Below the pieces are notes generated by a model, which had not been told where the DNA came from, ran no database searches, and worked only from the letters and a program-made list of their open reading frames with translations. Position numbers and translations under genes: made by a program. 64,000 bases of DNA, from assembly GCA_963745235.1 (NCBI GenBank), contig CAVUXE010000099.1:128001-192000 (forward strand), read 5' to 3'. Below, piece after piece: positions 41,970 through 53,700 of this stretch. This stretch comes from an uncultured Spirochaetota bacterium. Lineage in GTDB: Bacteria > Spirochaetota > Spirochaetia > SZUA-6 > Fen-1364. Each line of letters begins with the position of its first letter. Within the stretch, counting starts at the first letter, position 1.

Positions 41970-42110
41970 ACTGTACCCGTCCTTGGGCCAAAACCGCGCT
42001 GCTCCACGGATTGCCATGGGGGCGTGGACGCCCTGATTCCTTGAAGCGGTCCGTCTCTATGAGCTCACCAACGCCGTGCTCGCCGTCGCACGCCCTGTCC
42101 TCGCTCGCCG

Positions 42111-42587
42111 TCACTGGGAGTCGATCAATTCCTCGTATCGGGCAATGATCCGGCTCACCTTCTCCGGGGTTCCCGCGCCAAGCACGTCACGGGAAAAACC
42201 GTCGTTCTCAACGAGGAGAGCGATCTTTTTCAGCACCGCAAGATGCGTTCCGGCGTCCTCCTCTGAGCTCACCAGGAGAAACAGGATCCGCACAGGCTCA
42301 CCGTCCAGGGACTCGTAGTCGATGCCATGGTCCGAGACGCCAAGGACGCCGATCACGCCGCGGGTGAACCTGGTCTTTGCGTGAGGGATGGCTATTCCCT
42401 TCTTGATGCCGGTGGACATCTTCTCCTCACGCCTGCGGATGGCATCCAGGATCTCGTCCCGGTTGTTCGTGCGATACTGCGTCACCAGCAGGTCCACGAG
42501 CTCTTCGAACACCTCGGCCTTGTCCTCCGCTTCCAGGTGGCACTTGATCCGAGGCGCGCTGAAAAGATCATGGAGCAGCACTCCCAC
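42111..42587 (-). CDS. Stand-alone PTS EIIA (Fru/Ntr family)
   Basis: RREEKMSTGIKKGIAIPHA, DGEPVRILFLL, HLAVL; phospho-His intact. Confidence 0.92.
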   Translation of the reverse strand: MGVLLHDLFSAPRIKCHLEAEDKAEVFEELVDLLVTQYRTNNRDEILDAIRRREEKMSTGIKKGIAIPHAKTRFTRGVIGVLGVSDHGIDYESLDGEPVRILFLLVSSEEDAGTHLAVLKKIALLVENDGFSRDVLGAGTPEKVSRIIARYEELIDSQ

Positions 42588-42588
42588 C

Positions 42589-43048
42589 CTAGTTGCTCCC
42601 TTTTGCCGGCTGCGGGGAGGCAGGTGTAGTGGCAGCAGGTGCCTGCGCTCCGGCGGGCGGCGTGGCGCTGTTCGGCGACCCGGGCGTCAACGGGGATCCC
42701 GGCGTCAACGGCGACGCAGCGGGAGCGGCGGGGGTCTGAACCCACCAGCTCTGCTGCTGGCTTGTGCCCTGGAGTGACTCTGCCCGGGCTCTGCCGATGA
42801 CGTTCCCTGCCTCGGGGGTCTTGTTGACCCATGCAATGCCCGAAAATGCAGAAAAGGAACACGGCCGCAAGGATGGCCGTGAAGCGCGTGAGCACGTTTC
42901 CCGACCGGGAGCCGAAGGGAGTCGTGCTCCCGCCGCCGAAGATGCCGCCGATGCCCTCCCCCTGGTCGTCCTGCACGAGCACGACGAGCACCAGGAGAAC
43001 GGCGCTGATAATCAGAATTACCAGAAGGACGACGCTGATCAAACCCAT
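42589..43048 (-). CDS. secG: Preprotein translocase SecG with Pro-rich extension (frameshift near 42840)
   Basis: LVLVVLVQDDQGEGIGGIFGGG..FGSR..NVLTRFT; follows tpiA. Confidence 0.9.
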
Positions 43049-43063
43049 GCCTTGGAACCCCCC

Positions 43064-43819
43064 TTATCGATCGTACCGCACGATGGGAAGGAACGTTTCC
43101 GGCTTCAGGGAAGCCCCGCCCACCAGCGCCCCGTCGATGTTTTCCATCTTCATCAGATCCTTGATATTGTCCGGCTTGACGGACCCGCCGTACTGGATGG
43201 TCATGGCCTGCGCCGCCTTCTGCCCGTATAGACTTGGCCAGCACGCCCCGAATGAACGCGTGCACCGCGTCCGCATCCTGCGGAGTGGCGTTCTGCCCGT
43301 CCCGATGGCCCAGACCGGCTCGTACGCAATTGTGACCCTGGCCAGGTCCTTTTCCGCCACTTCGGCGAGGCCCGCGCGGGTCTGCGTTTCCACGACCTTC
43401 TCCGTGACGCTCTTCTGCCGCTCATCCAGGGTCTCCCCGACGCAGAGGATGACCTCGAATCCTTCCGCGAGGGCCAGCCGAACCTTGCGGTTCACCAGCG
43501 CGTCGGTTTCACCGTAGACGTGCCGTCTCTCCGAATGCCCCAGGATGATGACCGCGACTCCCGCGTCCGGAAGCATCCGTGGGGAGATTTCCCCGGTGTG
43601 CGCGCCTTCCAGCTCGGACGCCGCGTTCTGCGCCCCCAGGAGAATCGGGGAGCCCTCCAGCACGTCCCGAACGGCATGCAGCGCCGTGAACGGCGGGGCG
43701 ATCATGATCTTCCTGTTCTTCTCACCGGAGAGCTCCGTCGCAAGGATGGTTGCAACGGCTATGGCCTCTCCAGCGGTCTTGTACATCTTCCAGTTGCCGG
43801 CGATGAACGGTTGGCGCAT
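43064..43819 (-). CDS. tpiA: Triosephosphate isomerase (frameshifts 43230-43290)
   Basis: AGNWKM, GHSERR, AYEPVWAIGTG, YGGSVKP, LVGGASL. Confidence 0.96.
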   Translation of the reverse strand: MRQPFIAGNWKMYKTAGEAIAVATILATELSGEKNRKIMIAPPFTALHAVRDVLEGSPILLGAQNAASELEGAHTGEISPRMLPDAGVAVIILGHSERRHVYGETDALVNRKVRLALAEGFEVILCVGETLDERQKSVTEKVVETQTRAGLAEVAEKDLARVTIAYEPVWAIGTGRTPLRRMRTRCTRSFGACWPSLYGQKAAQAMTIQYGGSVKPDNIKDLMKMENIDGALVGGASLKPETFLPIVRYDR

Positions 43820-43824
43820 ACGGC

Positions 43825-45006
43825 TCACCTGTCCTTGAGGGCGACGACGCCCGGAAGCTGTTTGCCCTCCAGCAGCTCGAGGGACGCTCCGCCTCCGGTG
43901 GAAACATGCGTGATCCTGTCCGCCAGGTGGAACTGGTTGACGGCCGCAACGGAATCTCCGCCGCCGACAACCGTCGTTCCCTTGCAATCTGCCACGGCTT
44001 TTGCTATCTCCTGGGTTCCCTTGCTGAACTCGGGGAACTCGAAAACCCCCAGGGGCCCGTTCCAGACCACCGTCCTGGCCTTGAGGATCTTCTCACGGAA
44101 AAGGGCAACGGACTTCGGGCCGATGTCCATGGCGATCTTGTCTGCCGGCACGTCTGCGCCGTCAACGATTTCGGCTTTGGCCGTTTCCGCAAACTCGGAA
44201 CCCACCCGGTGGTCAACGGGGAGGAGAACTTCGGCGCCCGCGCTTTTGGCCTTCTCCAGAAACGACGATGCGGTTGCCATGAGGTCCTCTTCCACAAGCG
44301 AGTTTCCGACTGACCGGCCCTGGACCTTGAGGAATGTGTATGACATGCCGCCGCCGATAATCATGGTGCTGACTCTGGGGAGAAGCGACTCAAGCACGGC
44401 GATCTTGGTGGAAACCTTCGCGCCGCCAATGATGGCTACGAAAGGCTTGGCCGGGTTCTCGAATACGCCGCCAAGAAACTTGATTTCCTTTTCCATCAGG
44501 AAGCCGGCCACGCCGGGCAGGATCCGTGCCACTCCTTCCGTGGAGGCGTGCGCCCGGTGAGCGGTCCCGAAAGCGTCGTTGACGTAGACGTCTCCCAACG
44601 CCGCCAGCTGCGCGGCGAAGGCGGGATCGTTCTTTTCCTCTTCCGGGTGGAAACGCACGTTCTCCAGGAGAACGACGTCCCCGGGTTTCATGGCCTTCAC
44701 AACCGCTTCCGCGGCTGGACCCACGCAGTCCGGCGCAAGCGTCACCTTCTTCCCAAGGAGCTCAGAGAGCCTTTGCGCAACCGGAGCGAGGCTGTTTTCC
44801 TTGTCAGGCTTCTTGGGCCTGCCAAGGTGGCTCATGAGCACCAGCGAGGCTCCCTTCTGATCCAGGACGTACGTGAGTGTCGGCAGCGCGGCCGTAATGC
44901 GGGTATCATCCGTGATTCTTCCTTCTTTCAGGGGAACGTTGAAATCAACGCGGACGAGCACCTTCTTGTTCCTTAGATCGATGTCCCGTACAGTTTTCTT
45001 CGCCAT
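43825..45006 (-). CDS. pgk: Phosphoglycerate kinase
   Basis: [41 protein letters not shown]. Confidence 0.98.
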   Translation of the reverse strand: MAKKTVRDIDLRNKKVLVRVDFNVPLKEGRITDDTRITAALPTLTYVLDQKGASLVLMSHLGRPKKPDKENSLAPVAQRLSELLGKKVTLAPDCVGPAAEAVVKAMKPGDVVLLENVRFHPEEEKNDPAFAAQLAALGDVYVNDAFGTAHRAHASTEGVARILPGVAGFLMEKEIKFLGGVFENPAKPFVAIIGGAKVSTKIAVLESLLPRVSTMIIGGGMSYTFLKVQGRSVGNSLVEEDLMATASSFLEKAKSAGAEVLLPVDHRVGSEFAETAKAEIVDGADVPADKIAMDIGPKSVALFREKILKARTVVWNGPLGVFEFPEFSKGTQEIAKAVADCKGTTVVGGGDSVAAVNQFHLADRITHVSTGGGASLELLEGKQLPGVVALKDR

Positions 45007-45059
45007 GAGTGGTCTCCTTGGGCGTCAGTCCTCACAGGAAAGCGGGATTTGGCGGCGTT

Positions 45060-45088
45060 ACTATAGGAAAAAGGCGTCTGAGTGTCAA
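45060..45088 (-). promoter_or_regulatory. Near-consensus sigma70 promoter for pgk-tpiA-secG
   Basis: TTGACA-17nt-TATAGT. Confidence 0.75.
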
Positions 45089-45104
45089 TGGGAACGGGAG
45101 GCGC

Positions 45105-47081
45105 TTACGTGCCGATGCGCAGAAGTCGCGTGATGATATTTCCGCTTCTCTGAGCGGGCTGCACCTGAGGCCGCGGGGCCGGCTTCGGCGCAAAGACAAC
45201 CTGGTCGCCTGGATTGACATAATCGAAGTAGCCCCTGATCCGGACCGTGCCTTCGGAGACGCCCTCGTCGACTCCGGTCACGAGAAAATCACCGACGACG
45301 TCCTTCCCCTCGAAGGACAGCCCGGGAGTGTCCGGGTTCAGACGCACCATCCCTTTCCTGACGATCACCAGCGCATCCTTGGCCTTCAGACCCTGGAATG
45401 AGCCGAGATCTATCAATCCCTGGTCAAACTTGCGGACAAGGAGGGTGGCCCTCAGGGGGAGAATGCCAGCTACCTGTGACCCGAGCTTCAGGAATGAGTC
45501 TCGAACCCGGTCATTTCCCGTGCGGAAAGCCGCAAAGCTGCCAATCAGGGCGGCCGTGCGTGACAGGTACATGTCCGCTGTTGCAGAAAAGCTCCTCTCC
45601 GCCTCATCCACCTGGAGAACAATGAAATAGTCGCTGGCGCCGGCGCGCGACCGGCGGAAAGCGTCATCGAAGCCTTCCACGAGAGTCGACCCTTCGGGCA
45701 CGGAAATGGAGTCGACACCGCCGATCATGGAGGCGAAGTACCGCGCGACGTCCTCGCTGGCCAGCGTATGCAGGAACCTGTTCCTTGCGGGGATGGTGTA
45801 CACGGGGATGAGGTACCGCTTGCGGTCCAGGTTGTGCTGGTCATACCCCCAGGCGCGCGATATCGAGTCAGACAGCGCGCTGGTCAGGCTCTCGATCTCG
45901 TCCTGAACGAAAGTGTCCTTGGTTCCGAGCTTGGCAAGAACGTTGAGCTCGCTCAGGTACTTGTCGGGGAACCCCTCGATGCGGAATATCCGCGCGTACG
46001 CGACGCGCGCATCACGGGAGGTCGGATCCAGGATAAGAGCCCTGCGATACTCGGCAAGCGCCCTTTCGAGGAAGTTCCTGTCCTCCTGCGCCTGCCCCTG
46101 CTGGAGATGGAAGGCCGCCATGCTCTTGCGCTGGGCGTCATCCATGGGAAGGGCGTCCACCGCGGTGTTCTCCGAGGCAACGCGCGCAATCTCGTCTTCC
46201 GGACGCACCCCCAGCCCCGAGGCAAAGCTGGCCAGGGACTTCGCGGTGTCACCTGCTTTCCTGTAGGCAAGCGCAAGCGAATACCACGCGAGGTTGTCAT
46301 CCCTGTTTCTGGCCACCACGTCCCGCAGGACAGAGGCCGCGTCCGCCGCGCGGTTTGTCTGCAGGTAGATCTCTCCCAGAAGGCTTCTGGCCTGGTCCAT
46401 GTCCGGCGCCAGGGAAAGGGCGATCTGCGCGTGCTTTTCCGCCGTTGAAAAATCCCCAGTGCGGGCATACCAGCGCGCAGCGGCGAGCTGCACGTGAGGA
46501 TCAGCGGAATGACTCTTGAGGGCGAGCTCGTAGTACTTCCCGGCGCTGGCAGGATCCCCCAGCTCATCGGAGAGCTGGGCAAGGGAGAGAATGGCCCGGG
46601 TGCTTTCCGGGGCGAGCTTGAGGCTCTGGGCGTAACCGCTGAGGGCTGTTCGCATCCTTCCGTCCGCAATGTCCGCCTCGGAAAGGCCCATGCGGGCTTC
46701 CACGTTGTTGGGCTGGTCCGCAAGAACAGAATTGAAGAGCGAGCGCGCCGCGGCGGTGTCACCCTGCCCGATCTTTATCCTGCCTTCGAGCACGGCCAGG
46801 TCCGGATTGTTCCTGTCATGCACGAGCGCCATGGCAACGTAGCGATACGCTTCATCGTACTCTCCCATGAGGAGGAAAGACTGCGCCAGACCCTCCATCG
46901 GCTCCGCGTACGACGGGTTGGCGGCCAGGGCTTCCTTGAACTTTTCAACGGCAAGCGGATAGTCCTCTGTCCCCTGGGCGCGCAGTCCGTCCTCGTACGC
47001 CGCGCGTGCGTCCTGGGCGAAAGTCGGGACCCCTCCCGCGACGAGAACGAGGAGGCACACCAGGACAATCTGCCGTTTCAC
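45105..47081 (-). CDS. Exported TPR protein
   Basis: GTG start overlapping the ybeY stop, signal peptide ..PTFA-QD, many TPRs. Confidence 0.85.
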   Translation of the reverse strand: MKRQIVLVCLLVLVAGGVPTFAQDARAAYEDGLRAQGTEDYPLAVEKFKEALAANPSYAEPMEGLAQSFLLMGEYDEAYRYVAMALVHDRNNPDLAVLEGRIKIGQGDTAAARSLFNSVLADQPNNVEARMGLSEADIADGRMRTALSGYAQSLKLAPESTRAILSLAQLSDELGDPASAGKYYELALKSHSADPHVQLAAARWYARTGDFSTAEKHAQIALSLAPDMDQARSLLGEIYLQTNRAADAASVLRDVVARNRDDNLAWYSLALAYRKAGDTAKSLASFASGLGVRPEDEIARVASENTAVDALPMDDAQRKSMAAFHLQQGQAQEDRNFLERALAEYRRALILDPTSRDARVAYARIFRIEGFPDKYLSELNVLAKLGTKDTFVQDEIESLTSALSDSISRAWGYDQHNLDRKRYLIPVYTIPARNRFLHTLASEDVARYFASMIGGVDSISVPEGSTLVEGFDDAFRRSRAGASDYFIVLQVDEAERSFSATADMYLSRTAALIGSFAAFRTGNDRVRDSFLKLGSQVAGILPLRATLLVRKFDQGLIDLGSFQGLKAKDALVIVRKGMVRLNPDTPGLSFEGKDVVGDFLVTGVDEGVSEGTVRIRGYFDYVNPGDQVVFAPKPAPRPQVQPAQRSGNIITRLLRIGT

Positions 47082-47551
47082 GTCTCGATGATCCTCTCTT
47101 TTTTCAGCGCATCCAGCAGGCGTTCCTGGAGGATGAACATTTCTCTGCCCTTCCCGGATCCATGGTCCATTCCGGCACAATGCAGTATCCCGTGAACAAG
47201 GAGGCGTTTCAACTCCTCATCCTCGGTGACATCGAAGCTCCGGGCGTTCCGCCGCAGGGTGTCCATTGATATGGCGATGTCTCCCGCCACCACGCAACCG
47301 GGCTGGAAGCCGGCAGGCGAGGTCTCCCGCGGGAAGGACAGAACGTCTGTGGACTTGTCCTTGCCGCGGTAGCGGCCGTTCAGATGCCTCATCCGCTCAT
47401 CGCCGCAGAGAAGGAGTGAAAGCTCCCATTCAGCCGCTCCGGCCTCCCGTAGGGCAAGCGAACAGAACCGCCGAAGCCTTCCCCGCCAGGGCGGAAACGG
47501 GATGCCCTCAGCCACGACCTCCACGCTGCGGGCCCGCCGGGACGCCTTCAT
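47078..47551 (-). CDS. ybeY: rRNA maturation endoribonuclease YbeY
   Basis: LNGRYRGKDKSTDVLSF, GDIAIS, HGILHCAGMDH. Confidence 0.93.
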   Translation of the reverse strand: MKASRRARSVEVVAEGIPFPPWRGRLRRFCSLALREAGAAEWELSLLLCGDERMRHLNGRYRGKDKSTDVLSFPRETSPAGFQPGCVVAGDIAISMDTLRRNARSFDVTEDEELKRLLVHGILHCAGMDHGSGKGREMFILQERLLDALKKERIIET

Positions 47552-49777
47552 TTCGAAGCGACGCTCCTGGTCTGCACTATCTTCGGATACTCGATGCGGG
47601 TGTGGAAATAGCCCTCAAGGATGTGCACAAAGCTCTTCCTGATGGACTCCAGGTCCCGCAGGGTGAGACTTGAATCCCCGAGCTCTCCGGAGGAGAACTT
47701 TTCCATGATCATGTCCTGGACGAGGCTCTCCAGCCGCGCTTCCGTGGGCCTCTTCAACGTTCGGGAGGCCGCTTCCACGCCGTCCGCAAGCATCAGCACG
47801 GCTGCCTCTCTGGTCTTGGGCCTCACCCCGGGATACGTGTAGTCGTCCCGCGAGATCCGGGGATTTTTCCCCTCCTTGACGGCCCGGTTGTAGAAAAAGG
47901 TGATCAGCCCCCTGCCGTGATGCTGCGCAATGATATCGACGATGGCCTGCGGGAGCTTCAGCTCTCGGGCCTTCTCGATCCCGATGCGCACGTGGCTCTT
48001 GATCACCGCGGCCGAGAGGCTCGGCTTCATTTCGTCATGCCTGTTGTACGCTTTCTGGTTTTCGATGAAATAATCCGCCTGGTCCACCTTCCCGATGTCG
48101 TGGTAATACGCGCTCACGCGCGCCAGCAGGGAGTTCGCGCCTATTGCCTCGCAGGCGGTCTCCGCGAGGTTTGCGACGCTGATGGAGTGGGTGTAGGTTC
48201 CCGGCGCCTGGGAAAGCATCTTCTTGAAAATCGGAGAATTGAGGTCCGACAGCTCCATCAGCTTGAACCGCGTCGGCGCGTTCAGGAGATACTCGAAGAC
48301 GGGAAGAAACGCCAGGGTCAGAATGCTGGACAGGAATCCGTTGGCCGCGCCCCAGACGACAAGAGGGAGGAGCCTGCCGGTTGCATCGTTGGCAAGCACG
48401 CCGAGCACGGTGAGAATGGCGGCTGACAGGATGGAAAGCAGGAGACCCGCCCTGATGAGGTCCAGGCGGCGCTCCGCATCCAGGACCACCGCCGTGGCCG
48501 CGACTCCGCTGAGAAAAGCGAAGAGGAAGCCATGAACGCTCAGTCCTGTGAGCAGGAGCAGCGCGAGGGAAACGACCAGGGAGAAAAACACTCCGGCAGG
48601 TGTGGATACCAGGATGGCAATGAGCATGGACATGGTGGCGGTGGGAATGGCCGCGGAGACCGGCACCCAATCCGGAAGCTCGACGAAGCGGGTGACCAGC
48701 GCGCTCACCACCAGGTGCGCCAGTCCCAGGCCCAGGAGGAGCAGCGCGCTGTTGCGGCGTATTGCGGGGCCTGCTCCCCGCATGCTGAGCAGGTACACGG
48801 CCAGGGACAATGTCGCGAGGAGGAACAGGATGCTCCCGATGATCCCGTTCACATCCAGGGCTTTCGTATACGAGCTGAGCGCCTGGATCCTGAGCGCAAT
48901 TGGCTCCGTGATGACATCTCCGCTCCTGACCAGCACCTGGCCCCGCGCCAGTTTTTCCACCACCGGGTCCACGTTGGCACGGGCCGCGGCCCGTCTCTCG
49001 TGCGTCAGCTCCGCGTCGTAGAAGCAGTTGGCGGCCGCAAATGATCGAAGGAGCGCCAGGATGGCATGCTTTTCATCCGGGTTTCCCGCTTGCTCCCCGG
49101 CGCGAGCTTCCGCAAGGCTTGCGATGTTATCCGGGGTCAGGACCTGGTCCAGCGGAACCTCCTCGGATTGAGCCAGGCCATCCTGCATGCGCCGCAGCTC
49201 AATGGCCCCCGCGGACATTGCCTCCTCACGATACGGCGCCAGGTCCACGACCCCACGCGAAAGGACCACCTCGATCAGGCTGCGGGCGTCGTCCAGCAGC
49301 CGCGAGGAATCGCTGGAGCGCAGAAGCGCAAGGACGTCCCGGCTGATCCAGCCGGCCGGGGAAATCCGCCTGCACATTCTGGTAAATGATCGCCGGGGAA
49401 AGGGCTTCCGCCTGCCAGCGGGAAAAGGATTGCACCAGTCTGTCGTAGGACAGGAGCGCGTCCCGCGTGACTGAGTCATTCAGGACGAAGACGGCGGGGA
49501 CCAGCTTCTCCCGCGCATCCCGCTTGATCTCCGTGGCGCCGGCGTCCACATAGGGGAAGTCGCGCTCCACGACGTAGTCTCTCTGCGCCGGCGTGCCGAC
49601 AGTGACGGCGGAGGAGTTATCGCTCCAGAAGAAGCTTCCCGACTGCGTCGCCGCAAGAACGACACCGACTGCCAGGATGAAGGTCACCACCACGGCGAGG
49701 GCGGTCCACTTCTCCCGGCCCAGGCGGCGGACCAGGTCCCCGGCCCGGGCAGGCGCGAGACGACGATCACTCTTCAT
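47548..49777 (-). CDS. 7TM-HD phosphohydrolase (PgpH-like) (frameshifts near 49350-49480)
   Basis: APGTYTHS..VANLAE, YYHDIGK, YFIENQ, QHHG, YPG.RP, MLAD.VEAASR; phoH-HD-ybeY order. Confidence 0.9.
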
Positions 49778-50735
49778 GTGCAGTTTCGTATGCGTGGACG
49801 ATCTTCCGCACCAGCGGATTTCGTACGACGTCGCGCTCCTCGAAGAACGTGAAGCTGATCTCCCTGATGGTCTTCAGGATTGGTATCACGGTGAGGAGGC
49901 CGGAGTCGGACTTGCGCGGCAGGTCTATCTGGGTGATGTCACCTGTCACCACGGTGCGGGAGTTTTCCCCGATCCTGGTCAGGAACATCTTCATCTGTTC
50001 CCGCGTGGTGTTCTGCGCCTCATCCAGGATGATGAACGCTTCCGACAGGGTCCGTCCCCTCATGTATGCCAGGGGAGCGATCTCAATGACCCCGTTCTCC
50101 TCCATGCGACGGAACGATTCCATGGGAATGAGAGACTCAATGGCGTCATACAGCGGGCGAAGGTAGGGATGAATCTTCTGGGTCAGGTCTCCCGGGCAGG
50201 AAGCCGAGGCTCTCCCCGGCTTCAACCACCGGGCGCGTGATGATCAGCTTGCGGCGCGACTGCCCGAGCACATGCTTGAGCGCCTGTGCCACGGCGAGGT
50301 AGGTCTTTCCTGTTCCCGCGGGGCCAACACCGAAAATCAGCTCGTTCCTGTCGATTGCGTCGAGGTAGACCGCCTGGTTGTACGTCCGCGGGTACACCTT
50401 GCGGTGGCCGTTGGGGATGACCACGAGGTTCCGCTTCAGGAAGTCCGCCTTCTGGGACTCGCCGTTTGCCAGGGAGCTGTGCAGGGACCGGATGAGGTCC
50501 GGGCCGGGAGCTGGCCCAGCCGTACGTGCTCCTCGATGTGCTTGAGGAGGAGCTTGAAGGTCTTTTCTATTGCGTCATCCGACGTGTCGAGGAAAATCTC
50601 GTTGCCGCGGGAAAAAACCGGGACGCCCAGAAGCTCTTCGAGGACCTTGAGGTTGCTGTCGTTGGCTCCGCAGATTTCCGGCAGGATAGTCTCGTCGCTC
50701 ACCACAACGGCCAGCGGCTTGTCCATTGAACTCAC
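49767..50735 (-). CDS. phoH: PhoH-like ATPase (frameshifts near 50200 and 50430-50510)
   Basis: GPAGTGKT, TRPVVEAGESLGFLPG, LAYMRGRTL, DEAQN, GDITQIDL. Confidence 0.93.
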
Positions 50736-50768
50736 TGCCTGTATCGTAGTCGAATTTCTGGCCGCTCG

Positions 50769-53700
50769 TCAATTGAAAACGGTAACGCCCGTTGAGTCCC
50801 CCTGGACGGTGCTCTGCAGGAACGGCACGGCCAGCCACTTGACCTGGAACGTGAATGCGGGGGTCCACTGGATGGAGTTCGTGGTGGAGTTCAATTGCGG
50901 CGTGCCGGTGTACTCGAACGAAATGTCCCAGTCCCTCAGGTGGTGCACGAGCTTCACGGAAATGGAGCGTATCTTGAAGTTCGAGTCGTAGCGGTCCTGG
51001 ACGTTGAAGAAGTTGAACGACTTGAGAAGGTCCGTCAACGGGTTCACGTTGTAGGGCGCAAAGTAAAGAAAGGTCTGGTTATTATACGAGACCGACGAAA
51101 AAGTGATGTCCAGAAACTTGTAGATGGAAAAATTGAGGTTGAACGTGAAGTCCAGCTCGTTGATCATCGGGGTCTGAAGGTTGATGTTGTACGAAGACTG
51201 CACGGAAGCGTCAATCTTGACCCTGTCCTTCCAGAACCACATGGGGTTGCTCCCGGTGTTGAGGCCGAGGTTCAACGTGGTGGGAATCAAAGGGGCGATG
51301 TCGGACGACGCCTGGGAAACGTACGATCCCGTGAGCCACCACAGCTTCCCCTGGAAGGTGGAGGTCTGCACCGCGGAGCTGGCGGCGAAGTACTGGAGGG
51401 CCTCGGAGAGCTCGATGTTTGGTCCGACATCCAGGACGCTGGTCAGCACGAAGGGCTGGGGAGGACCGCTGGTTGGCAACGACCCCTGGGCCTGGACCTT
51501 GCCGGTAATGCTGGGTGTTCCCGCCTGCTCCATGGCGGTGTACAGAGAGCTTTGAGGCAGCACCTGGGCAGTCAGGCCAAGGTTGTTGGTGAACGCGCCC
51601 TCCTGGTACAACAGGGTGGAGAGCAGCGAGTTGTCCGAGACCGCGTCCGGCGAGCTGAAAGGCCCTTGCGAGGTGAGAGTTGGAGTGACCCCCATGTAGC
51701 TCAGCTGGTACAGGCGCAGCCCCAGGCGATAGCCCAGCGTGGAGCCGGAGAGAGACGGGACGGTCAGCAGCGGCCGCACGGTGGTCTGCAAGGCCCCCTG
51801 GAGCGTCAAGCGGTCCTGCAGCAGGTCGCTTTGCAGCAGCCCCTGCCAGGGCTGGCTCAGATCGTTCAGCGCATTCTGATCGGGATTGAATCGCTGCCGA
51901 TACTCACCATCGAAATTGAAGCTCGTCGAGACGTCCGCCAGCCGATCCCAGAGGGACGCGGCAGCCGTGAGCTGACCCGACCCGCCCGTATCGAGGGTCT
52001 GGTACAGAATGCGGTAGTCGATGTTCTGCTGCGTGGTCCAGTTCGTGCTGTCAAACGTGTGCTGGAGAGTGGCGCGCGGCTGCAGCTGGTATGTCAGGTC
52101 AAGAGTGGAGCCCAGACCAGGCGCGCCCGCGTCGGTGTCCGGCCACAGGGAAGGCTCGTGGTACAGTGAACGCACGGGCTTTTTTTCCGGGGTGGTCTCC
52201 GGCTTAGGGGTGAGGGGGGTGCGAAGGCCCTTGCCCGGGATCTTTGACCTCTTGCTCCGCCGGCGGCTGCCCCCCCTGGGTGCCCGCGGCGCTTCCCTGG
52301 GCGCCCGCGGCGCTTGCTTGCGCGCCCGGCTGCCCAGGCGTTCCCGGCTTTGACTGGACTGTACCCGGCAACCCCTGCACCGGGCCTGGGGCAGACCCTT
52401 GCGGTGTCTGGCCCGGAACCTGGGTTGCAGCCGAACCCAATGAAGCGGGAGTTGCCGCTGATCCCGGGGAAGGCGTCGTCTGCGGCTGATTCGTGGTGGC
52501 CGAGGACGAAGCACCCACCCCTGTGCCGGTTCCCAGCTTCAGGATCTCCCCTGACACGGAGAAGGAGACGTTCGGAAACGTGATGCTCGAGGGATAGTAG
52601 AACGTGTGTCCGGGATCCGAGGCCAGGGGATCAACCGACGCGCCGGGCACGTCCTTGCTTTGCCACGTCATGTTCATGTTGAGGGTCGGAAACGATATGG
52701 ACTGGATGAGCGGAGACTTCACGACCTTCGTCAGATCCAGCTTGCTGACATAATCCCAGGACAGGTTCGGCTGCGTCGCAGTGGCAGCGGTCTGGACCGG
52801 GTTCTGCGTTGACTGCAGGACAGCTGAGAAATTGAGGCCCTCACTCCGGTTGTAGAAGTCCGCAATGAATGTCGGGTCGGAGTAGTACGCGAACTTCCAG
52901 CTCATTGAATACATGTCCGAAGAAGTCTGGATGCTTCCGTCCAACCCGAAGCGGAAAGGCAGCACGGTGCCGAGGATGGACGATGTATTCCAATACATGA
53001 GCCCGGTCTGGGAGTAGTAGGGAGTGTAGTACTGCCCCGAGGAGTCTGAGAAAAGGAAGATGCTCCTGCTGAATCCCAGAGCCGCGCGGAAAGTGGCAAG
53101 GGGCGAGAAGTCCCCGCTCAGCCCGGTGAAGACTCCAAGCCGGGAGTATCCGTCAAGGAGGAGCTTCAGCGAGCCTTTGTCGGGAGGGGGGCTTTCGCCG
53201 GGGATCTTCCTCAGAAAAAGACCGCGAATCTCCTCCCGGAAAGCGCTGCCGCCGCCTGCCTCCGTCATCTGCAGGAAGGAGAACGGGTTGTCTTCCGTCT
53301 TCTTCCTTCCAATCAGGTACGTCGTTGTCTGAATGTACACGCCCGTCCTGTTGTCGTAGCCCGGGTTGGGGTGAAAAAAGAGCTCGTCACCAGGCCAGAA
53401 GAACGCGGGAATGTACAGAAGGGGGACTCTCCCCACCATCAAGACCGCGTTGTCCACGGCCCACTCGCTCGGCGCCAGGATCCAGACGTCGCTCGCCCTG
53501 ATCTGCCAGAAGGGGTCCACCGGCTGGCTGGTTGTGAAGCTTCCATCCTGCAGAATGACCGTGTTGTTGGAAAGCCGGGAGATCGTGGTGCCCTCGAAGG
53601 TGTACGTCAGCTTCTGATCCGCCTGCGTCACCTCTTTTGTCGTGCTGCCGTCATAGAAGACGCCTTCCGAGGAGTCCAGGTCGAAGGAGAAGCTGGTGCC

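Noticed and set aside
40702-42036. Long antisense ORFs (also 37158-38756, 57514-58872, 11766-12956)
   Set aside because: Shadow ORFs expected opposite high-GC3 genes; no motifs or RBS.
41970-42110. Riboswitch or ncRNA upstream of the V-ATPase operon
   Set aside because: GC-rich with possible pairing but no recognisable aptamer or terminator; an Rfam/Infernal scan would be needed.
42680-42716. 18-bp tandem repeat in the secG tail (SPLTPG x2)
   Set aside because: Only two copies in a low-complexity tail and unrelated to the 21-bp family.
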